Origin: the human T2T-CHM13v2.0 reference genome, Homo sapiens
DNA length: 64,000 bases
Assembly: GCF_009914755.1 (NCBI RefSeq)
Contig: NC_060927.1
Direction: 5' to 3' (one strand)
Shown here: positions 54,680 through 64,000 of the stretch, piece by piece
Layout of the letters: each line of letters starts with the position of its first letter
Numbering within the stretch: the stretch's first letter is position 1
Translations under genes and position numbers: made by a program
The notes under the pieces: generated by a model
The model's database searches: none
The model's input: the letters and a program-made list of their open reading frames with translations, nothing else
What the model was told of the DNA's origin: nothing

Positions 54680-54925
54680 CATTCATTCTTTTAACAAATA
54701 TTTTTGACTGCCTGTTACGGGAAGGGCAATGGAGATTTAGGGCAAAATTAGATAAACACAGCCCAATAGATAAACAAGTGAGAATGAATTACACAAAGCG
54801 GAGAGTGCTAAGAGCACATAACAAGACACCTAATCTAATCATGGGTCAGAGAGGACATCCCTATCCAAACGATATTTAACTTGAGATCTGAAGAATGAGA
54901 AGAGTTAGCAAAGGGAAGTGAGGAG
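54680..54925 (-). mobile_element. L2 LINE 3' region
   Basis: cattcattcttttaacaaatatttttgactgcct..atttaacttgagatctgaagaatgagaagagttagc. Confidence 0.6.
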
Positions 54926-57367
54926 TGGAGGTTAGGTTAATTAGGCCATGAACAAATCTGTTGTCTCCTTAGATACCTTCTAGACAAATATTGCCTCTCC
55001 GATCCCTTGTTAAGCTAAACCTTCTGTTAAGCTACTGGGCTTTATCTGAAAATTAGGCTGCTTGACTCTGAGGGGTAGCAGGACTCTGAGTGCTGTCCTT
55101 TAAAGGGGAATCGGAGGCTCTGGACACTTCCTTCCTTGTCTGAAGACACTGAAACATCTCTAAAAAGTGTAACTTAAGGAAGGAAATAGCATGGTGGTGA
55201 TCTCTGGGTCAGTTACAAAGCAATAAACATGGCAGGCATTCATTGTTGGAGAGAGCTTGTATGTTGGGATTGTTGTGATTCTTTTTAAACCTCTAGGCTA
55301 GTCGGTCAACCTCCGTATTAGAGAAAATATTAATGTATATTAATTAAGTGACCATTGGCTTTATGAAGAAGCATCCCATTTACAAAAACAGTAAAAGGAA
55401 ATAATTCAATGTGCTTTGGGAAAACAGAGAGTTTATAGCATTCAGAGCAAGATCAAATGCTCTGCTGTTGTACTGCAGTTTCAATTGGGACCTGTGTCGT
55501 GTGAGTCTATGTTGGGAGAATGAGGATAAATACTGGTTTGGGTTCAATAGAAGTTTTAAACAAGTCAATCTCTATTCTGTCTGTCTGATGACTCTATTTT
55601 TCTGTGTGTTCTAATCAAAGACATAATTCACTTTCACTCAAACAAAATGCTCCACCAGGTAAATCATGAGTGACAGCCTGACTTGAGTTCAATCCTGGTT
55701 CAATATCGCCCTGCTAACATGTCAGTTATTGAAAAAGGCCTGTTAATCGATTTGTTTCATGTACACATTTTGATTCACAGTGATTTGAAGCATCACAATT
55801 TCAAGTACAATTATATTCTGTTTAAATCACCACCTCTGGCATTCTCAATCACTCACCCTTTCTTTTATTGCCACACAGATGAACACGCATGTTTCTTACC
55901 ATAAAAGAGGATACAACTTATAAAATTCTCCCTGGCATAACATTAGTTTCAATAGGAAATAACTTTCTACTTGAATCAATATGAAAAATTTTTTTTTTAA
56001 ATATAGAGGAGTCTGCTACATATACAGTGGTGAAAACCCCTTTTGTTCTCCTATAAATTGCATTAGGTAATTTTAATATAACACTTAGTCTTACTTTCTT
56101 AAGATTATATTTAATTTATAGCCATCCTGGTAGGGCCAATAAAGAGGAATGATAATGTTGTTGTATTTCAGTTTTCCTTTAAACATCAAAAAATGGAAAA
56201 TTTTAGCCATGGCCAAATAAATTACACAAAATGATAGTAATGGCTTGTCTTGAATGAGTTTATATCAGGAAATTCCAGTGGGTAATAGATAAAATTCCCT
56301 GCACTAATGTACTTTTAAGTAGGGTTTTTTGAGGTGGATTGAAGTATGAGAGTCTGGAAATATGCAGTTACTGTTTACAATATGTAGTAATGTATAGATG
56401 ATTCTGTATCTGCTTCGTTATGAATCATTTTACCACCAATAGTACTGTTGGAAATTATGCCATAATCATTCCAGCTATTCAACAGGGTTTTTTTTAATTT
56501 AGATTGTTTTTGACAATATGCAGAGAATTTTCCAAGTTTTAAAAGCTGTGACAGAATATGTTGATGAAAATATATAAAGAGTAAATGATGTTTGACTTAA
56601 AAAAATCAACACTTGGAAGCTGGTGAAAATTTTAAGTTGAGCTCACAGAAATCAAACTGAAAGCGTTCAATTGTTTATTTGAAGGTGTAATTGTATTAAC
56701 ATGTTCTATCATAATTTTTAACATTCAGGAAATAATCTTCTGCGTATTGTCAAAACAATCGAAAAAATAAACACTACCATATAATTAAACGTAATGTGGC
56801 TTCTATGTGCTGGTATTATTTTGTTTTGTTCTTGCATGTGGGACAGAATATATATGCCTAGAATAAAACTGACTTTTGGTTTTAATGATTTAGTTAAGCA
56901 CATGCCTTTTATCATTTCATCAAGCCCATGGATTTTATATTTCCTTTACATAGTTCAACAATGTAAATATTAAGTTTACAGATAAGAATTCAATTAGCAT
57001 TTCAAAGAGGTCAAATTAATTCCCTCTCCGATAGTTGCTGTTATTTCAGGCTACGAACTGAAACTCAATTCTGTAACTATACAATTTTTAAAATCATACC
57101 TATCAATTTATTCGAGAGAAACAGCATTGGCCCTTTTTAACTGAATAGTTTTTTAACTAAAATCTTGAATCTCTTTTTATATTTCAATTTTCTTTAAAAG
57201 GTTGTTATGAGGGACTTTAAAGTAAATATTTGTGTGCTTGGGACCATGCCTGGCATGTAACAAATGCCCCATAAACATAATAATAAATAATAAAATACCA
57301 AAATTAAAGGGAGGCATTCTTTTCTCAGTAGTATTGCTTGCATGATTCCAGAATTATCATAAAATAT

Positions 57368-57561
57368 CAGTGGCATCTGCAGGCAGAGGGGCAATAGACA
57401 TGTTCTGCTGTGTGTGCCATCAACAGAAACAGTAAAAAACTGACTATAAATTGGTCCTTTTTAACTATCACTGCTTTTTAATTATCACTTTTTAACAATG
57501 TCAGTGGTATAACACTAGAGTCAGCCTCTTCAACAGCCCTGTCCCCTCTCATATGCCATTG
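57368..57561. mobile_element. Short hAT-Tip100-type MITE (MER97-like)
   Basis: Inverted termini CAGTGGCATCTG..CATATGCCATTG, with internal aaaactgactataaattggtc..aacaatgtcagtgg. Confidence 0.5.
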
Positions 57562-57819
57562 CAAAAAGTAGTAATAAAGAGACCAATACTTGTTTAATTC
57601 TTAAATAATGAAACTCCAGTTTTATGTTTCCAAATTAGACATCCAATGCACTTATAAATAAATATTTGGTGGTATTTATGAGATAAATACCAAAAAAAAA
57701 TTTTCCAGACATCTTTAAAGTCTTTATGACTAGCTTCAGAGTGCTATTTACCAATAAATTAGAATTAAAAACTCAAGATTAATTGAATTCCCACTGGGTG
57801 TTCTTTTGTAAAATAATAT

Positions 57820-57952
57820 TTGTTACTTATTTAATGTCTGTCTTTTCCATTAGACTGTAAGATCCATGAAGGCAGGGCAATGCCTACTTAGTTTATTGAT
57901 AAATTCCTGGTTCCTAGTACACAGTGAATACTGAGTAAATTTTTCCTGAATG
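57820..57952 (+). mobile_element. L2 3' end
   Basis: tgtctgtcttttccattagactgtaagatccatgaaggcaggg..ttcctagtacacagtg. Confidence 0.7.
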
Positions 57953-59511
57953 TCATGGTTAATTACCAATAAAAGTTAACCAAATTATTCCATAAATATA
58001 GACCTGCAATAACCATAAACTTTAATTTTATTACTATAACAATGAAAGAACTTATGAGTTTCATTTTTAGTTTATATGCTATTGCCATGTAGAATATAAA
58101 ATGGAAATTAACAATAATCATATTAATAATATGTAACATTTGTTGATAATTTACTATTTCTAAACAATGTTCTATGTACTTTACATGTCTAAATTCATTA
58201 ACTCTTCAACCTATTATCCACAACTTACAGAAAATAATTGAAAAAAATTATCATGATGAATGATCATTTTCATTGATGAGACTTTACAAATAATATAGTA
58301 GGAGAACAGGACCATGTGTTATGCCAGGTATAAAGTGTGGTAGATTATGAATTAAAAAAAAAAGAAATGTGGGCAAAAAGGGGAAAAGAAGGACCCTCTA
58401 CAAATTTTCATGGTTCCCTAAAGAAGATTAAGAAGGTTTCCTGTTCTTTTTACTTTTATTCTTCTTTACTTCTTTTATTTCTATATAATTCTTTTCTTTC
58501 CTCTATTTTTCCTCCAAAGTGCAACGGTATCATTTCTTAGAACAAATACAGGAAAAACAAGGTATTTTTCTTATCACTCTGCACTGATCCTATAAAACTA
58601 CGAGAAATGGTGATTATAAGGACAATTACAAACTACAAAACCTTGGGCAAGTTACCTATTTTCTCTGTGCCTGTCTTACCATTCCTTATCTGTAAACTGG
58701 CTAGAAAAATAAATGTATACATTCATCCTTTGCAAATTATTATACTTAATGATGCTTAAATTTTCTCAGCTTTGCTTAGTGGCAGCCTCTTCAGGTTGAT
58801 TTCTTTTGACATCTAGCTAGTAATATTTGATGGATTCCTTGCTTTCTGGTATGACAACAAGATCAAGCCTCATTTTCTGAATTTATTGACCCACACAATG
58901 AATCAACCATTTTTCCAAGGACACATGGTTCCTTTTCATGGAGAGAAGAATTCAAAACAGCAAACTTTAAAAATATTTTCTTTGTTTAGAGAACCTGGTT
59001 AGAAAGTTACAAAGTTGCCTTATTTTCAAAGATTTTATAATTTATTTGATACTCTTCAAATTAAATACAAAGGATAAAATTATAAAACAAATGCATATCT
59101 AGGTGTTCAAGACAGGAGGGTTCTCACTCAGAAATTGATATTTGGCCTGTGCTTTGTTCAGAAAATAATTGCATTCATAGTTTAAAAAGGTAGAGATTGC
59201 TTCAAATCAGGCCAGTCAACAAAAGAATTATGAGTGCGATGAGCTCGCTCTCAAAGGATGTGAGGTATTAAAAATGGAAGCAATAGAAAGAGTAAAAACA
59301 TCCCAGGCAAAGAGAATAGCAAAGCCCAAGACCATGTTTTAAAGATTAAAAATAAATTTATTTAATTGGACAGACATTTGGATATGACACCAATGGAGGA
59401 GAAGGGGAGATAACGGAATAATATTTTAACATGTATGAGCAGTTATAAGTGGATAATAACATCTAAGTTGGATGGAGGCATAAGAAAAAAGAATAATAGT
59501 GACTTTCCCTG

Positions 59512-60085
59512 ATTAGCAGTTGTTTTATGGTAAAACTGAGCTGTTATAATAAAAACACACAAAATGACAGTGGCTTAAAACTGTAAAAGTTTGCTTGTAA
59601 AACAGGTCGGAGGTGAGCAATCCTGGTTTGTATGGCAGCTCTGTTCCTAACAGTCTTTCAGGGGCCATGATCCTTTCATGTTGTGCCACCACCCTTTAGG
59701 GCAACGTTGTCTTCTGCATGGTCAAAGCTGGGTCACCCCATATCTGGGTTCCAGCCAGAAGGAGGAAGGGAATGTACTGGAGACACACATCACCTCTCAA
59801 GTTCCAGAGAAGGATATGGCATGTGTCCCTTCCATTTCTACTCCACTGGGAAGAACTTGTTCTTGTGGCCATACATAACTGCAGGGAGGCAAGTAGCTAT
59901 AGACCAGCCAGGCACGGGCCTGGCTACAGTTCTGTTACTACCTGGAACTACTGACCTCAAGTGATCCACCCACCTCAGCCTTCCAGAGTGCTGGGATTAT
60001 AGGCGGGGGCCACAGTGCCTGGCCTCAATTCTGTTACTATCAAAGAGTAAAGAAGCAGATTTTAGTGCAGACTAGTGCTGCCACA
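59512..60085 (-). mobile_element. Old MaLR LTR (MLT1J/K-like) containing an Alu fragment
   Basis: acagtggcttaaaa..tatggcagctctg..cttgtggccatacataactgcagggaggc..gctgccaca. Confidence 0.65.
59941..60024 (-). mobile_element. Alu 5' fragment (first 84 nt only), no poly(A), with 14-bp TSD
   Basis: Minus strand GGCCAGGCACTGTGGC..GGATCACTTGAGGTCAGTAGTTCCAGG. Flanks cagttctgttacta (59927-59940) / caattctgttacta (60026-60039). Confidence 0.88.
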
Positions 60086-60223
60086 CCAGTTTCTTTTCTT
60101 TCACATCTTCCTATTTCATGTGCTTTCATACTTTTCTAAACTTTATTACTTTCAGCTACCCCATATCTTTCTTTCATTTAAAATGTCTCATTACCTCTCC
60201 CATCTTGAATATTTTAACTGAGT

Positions 60224-60918
60224 TTATAAGTCAGAATCCAGTCAGGAGACAGAAGCCACACCAGTTGTTTGAATGTGGGAAGTTTAATATAATTATTAAC
60301 TGCTAACTAGATTTTACACACTAAGGGGTAAAGAGAATTCCAAAGAATTCAGGAATAGCAGGTATAGAGAGCAGTTACTGCTTCCGAGGCTGAGACAGAG
60401 TACCCAAGGAAGAAACCAACCCGGAAAAATTCCCACTCCCTGCCTCCTACCCTGTGCCCCATCACTGAGATTCAGACTTCGTTGGAGAAGCTGTAGCTGT
60501 GGCCTCGGGATAGTATAGTTTGCTGAGATGATGCAGCACAGTGCTACCAAGCATGAAGTCACCTGCTGGTCCCAATAAAACCTGCTGGGAAATTTCCAGC
60601 TTAGGAGCTCATGAAACTTATTAGGAAGCTTCTCAACTTCTCAGGGAGTGCTGGTAAACTTGCTGTAAGGTGAGTATGACTCAGTGTCTCCTCTCCAATG
60701 GCAGTCATGCCCTAGGAGTAATAATTATAAATCACACCAGAACGTGTAAAAGAATACCTTCCTCTTACACTGACCCCCGCCATACCCTCTACCAACAAAG
60801 TGTAACAATCTGCCAGCTGGCAAAGGAGATGTGTTTACAGGTCCAGCTTCAGTGTCATTAAACAGGACAAACAAGAATGGATTTGAGCCTGAAAGGCAAT
60901 AAATGGATGACTGGCACA
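60224..60918 (-). mobile_element. Ancient ERV-type solo LTR, family uncertain
   Basis: agtcagaatccagtcaggagacagaagccacaccagttg start and ggatttgagcctgaaaggcaataaatggatgactggcaca end resemble reverse-oriented old LTRs. Confidence 0.5.
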
Positions 60919-63734
60919 CTGGACATGTTGTGAAATATTTCTATAATGTGCTTGCTGTTTTATCACAATAAGTTTCCTCATTTTAAAACTGAATGAGATG
61001 AAAAAAGTTTATAGTTTTTCCCAATATAAACCAACAAAAACTCCAAAAAATAATGTTGCTTTTAATTCATGAATAATATTCAATATGCAAACTTCCCCTC
61101 CTGTTTTCCCCAGTGTTTTAATAACCCTCAGCAAATTCCTTATCCTTACATAAAGTAACTACGAAGAAAAATGGTGTCAATTGGTTAAACAGACTCCAGT
61201 AATGGGAGTCTACCCTTTCATCATCTTAGCCAAAAAAAAAAAAAATGAAGATGCATTTTTTTCCCTATTTTCACAAAAGGCAGTGTCTGTTTCATAGGAT
61301 TTCCTGCGACCATCTCCTCAATGACCCTGTCATTATCAGTGTGAGTAGTGAGAAAACGAAAACCAAAGCTGCAGATGTGGCTCCTTTGGAAGGCAATTTA
61401 CTTACCTAAAAATACTCACACGCATATGGACATCCCCCTCCCTTAACGTAACAGATTCCTAAAACTGTTAACATTCGTTCCGTTGAGTTTACAAAAAAAG
61501 CATTTCTCTTGTGCATACTGTTCTTTTGTTAATATTCATATGTGGTATCTGAGAAAAAGAAGCAACTCAACACATCCTAGGGAGCAGGAAAAATCTGTTG
61601 ACGAGATTTTTTTTTTTTCAAATCAAAAGCATTCTTTTAGGCACATTCAATCAGTGAGTTTGTGGGTTTTTTTTTTTTTAAGTGGCTGTAATAGTGTCAC
61701 ATTTTGAATTAGTAATTTAGAGTTTGATTCTAAACTAATTTTTGTATGCAGAGTTCTGAAAGGTAGATTTCCAATAGGCTGTGATCATCTTTGAAAATTT
61801 TTGGCTGAGCGTAAGCCTGCCAGCATTGGAAATTTGAAATCTTCAAGCATGGGCATTGCAATTGCCATGTAGATAGAATAATCTAAGGCACACACTAGGG
61901 CCTCATCCATCATCGTTTTGCTGCTTGGTTCAGTAAGAATAAAGACAGTTTCAGGTTGTAGGTGCAATGTTGCCCATTGCTGCAGAGATATGGTTGTAGT
62001 AGTCATATCATCTCAGAATTACCCTCCAGTAATCAGTGGATGAGTTTATTTATTATTACGTCATAGCACTTTTATACTATGAAATGCTAATGGCAAGTGC
62101 TCAGGTAATGCCCATGCATACTAGCTGAAGGGTCATCAGGTAATGGTGAGCTTGGGAGGTATGGCCCCGTAATAACAAGAGCATGCTACATAAGGCTAGA
62201 GGTATGCAGGACCTCCCATACTGAGTGTTCTAGTATAAGCTGATTCCTGAATCTTAAGGCTAACGATATATGACACATTAAATACCTAGCACATCCCTGT
62301 ATTCCAAAAATATGTTAGTTCTATAATAGTAAACTTGGTTTAAAAAGAAAACTATTGATTTTGTGCTGGTCTCCATAATTTTACCTGACATACTCATACC
62401 CTAAATTATAAAAATGATGCTCTTTTACATTTTTAGCTTGTCAAAGTGTTTTCAAATAGCCCAGAAGTAAGAGCAAAGTAGAGAAACAGCTGTCCCTTGT
62501 TATTTTGTTTCCTGAATACAAATAGTGTTAAATTGCTGTAAATGGAAAGGCTGGAATGAATTCAAACACTGTTTGTTTAAATACACTCAGGCTGATGTTT
62601 GTGTGTTGGGACCTTTGGAGAGGGTAGCACTAGCAAATACTACACATTAACTTGTCGCACATGACAATATACGGTTATGGCTTCCCTTTTGTTTGCGAGG
62701 TAGAGTTGCATTGGTATCGTTCAGAAATTTTGTGGGAGTAAATCACAAGAGATTTGGACTAAGATAGCTGAACAGCACCATTAAATCCTGAGGCATTTAG
62801 TGCAATTTTCAGTCTGACGACTCTTAGGAAAACAAAAGCTCTTTTGGACTTAACATAATTAACTGAGTTCAGGCAGATGTTTCAGATTTTTCTACTACAT
62901 CAAGAAAGAAATGAATGAATATATCTAATCTTTTCTCTTTCCTTCTGACTTCTGAACACTTACTATTTGAAAAGTTAGTATATATGTAATAGCCCAAGTA
63001 GGTGATTCATTTGTTTTCTCCCCATAACCCATGAAGTTTAAGATAATCCCTATTCTCAAGATGTTCTTAAATAGAGTTGTATCCAATAGCTTTATTAAAT
63101 ATTTGAGACTCTAAAGATGGTCTAACAAATTTCTTCTTTCTTTGCGGAAACAGAAGTATAGAAAGTTTAAGAAAGTTGACAACATTACAGGGTTCAAGTT
63201 TAATGACATAGTCATAAATAAGTTCCTGGTGTTCAGACTTGCAGTTCTGTGTTTTTATCATAAAAGCATTTTCACAATTCAGTTCAAGGATTTTCTCTAG
63301 CTAGTGTACAACCTCCTCCAAATTTCTTTATTGCATTATTACATAATATTTCAGATTATTTTCCTGTTTGACGCACCCACAAACTCATTGCCTAGTACTT
63401 AGTGTAGCAGCTTGGAAAAAAAAAAGTCATTATGCTCAGCCTTTTGAAGTTAAAACTGCTGTGATTTTACTACCTCACAGATTACTTTAAGATTGTAAAG
63501 TTACATAACCACTGAAGCAGAAAGGAAGTCAAAGACTGAGGACCATTAAGAAATCAGACTTATTTATTGAAGAAAATAATAATAAACTGTGAGTTAAGGG
63601 TCTTAAAATAAAGAGTTGTAAACAGAAGATAAGAATCCATTTTTGTTTATCCCCACTACAGATCTGGACAGGGAAATAAAATAAAGTTATGTCATTAGAC
63701 ATGGTCACAGACTATATTTAAGGCAACACCCTGC

Positions 63735-63905
63735 CTGCAATCTGGAGAGACCTGAGTTCATGACTTGGGCTTGCTTTGTGCCTTTGGATAAATTTGTGAA
63801 ACTCTATGAGTCACAGTTTCTATGTCACTGTGTGGTTATGAGGATTAAATTATATAAAGTCTCTACCTAGTACAAGAGTGGCATGTGGTAGGTGTTCAAT
63901 AAATA
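63735..63905 (+). mobile_element. MIR SINE
   Basis: agacctgagttca..gtggttatgaggattaaatta..gtggcatgtggtaggtgttcaataaat. Confidence 0.7.
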
Positions 63906-64000
63906 ATTCCTTTATACACTTTATTTTATCTATATTATTATATATGAAATTTTAATCAGTTAATTGATTTAATAATATTTAACTCACATTACTCTCCCAA

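Noticed and set aside
61785-62006. 73-aa ATG ORF in unique sequence
   Set aside because: No recognisable similarity, and the length is within chance expectation for 64 kb.

Overview
AT-rich primate (human-like) genomic DNA, identified by AluY, L1PA and THE1/MST elements. It reads as intergenic or deep-intronic sequence. I cannot support any protein-coding gene: each ORF in the track is a decayed L1 or Tigger1 fragment, a simple-repeat or Alu artefact, or a short unrecognisable ORF. Roughly half of the window is interspersed repeat: an end-to-end old L1MA9-like element with TSDs, a Tigger1 split by an L1MA2/3-like element that carries two Alus, several MaLR solo LTRs, MER DNA transposons, and MIR/L2 relics. 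I found no convincing new biological system. The most interesting signals are small mechanistic scars: (1) a 28-nt Y3 RNA 3' fragment retroposed with a TSD and no tail of its own; (2) an 84-nt tailless Alu 5' fragment with a TSD; (3) a ~340-bp local segment copied into a MER2; (4) a fold-back hairpin at an L1PA 5' junction; (5) a probable L1-associated deletion in Tigger1; (6) template-switch micro-inversions. There is also a candidate recursive splice site or 4-nt microexon on the minus strand, and a few CpG-retaining or motif-clustered unique segments that may be conserved regulatory elements. Repeat subfamily names rest on my recollection of consensus sequences and need RepeatMasker/Dfam confirmation.
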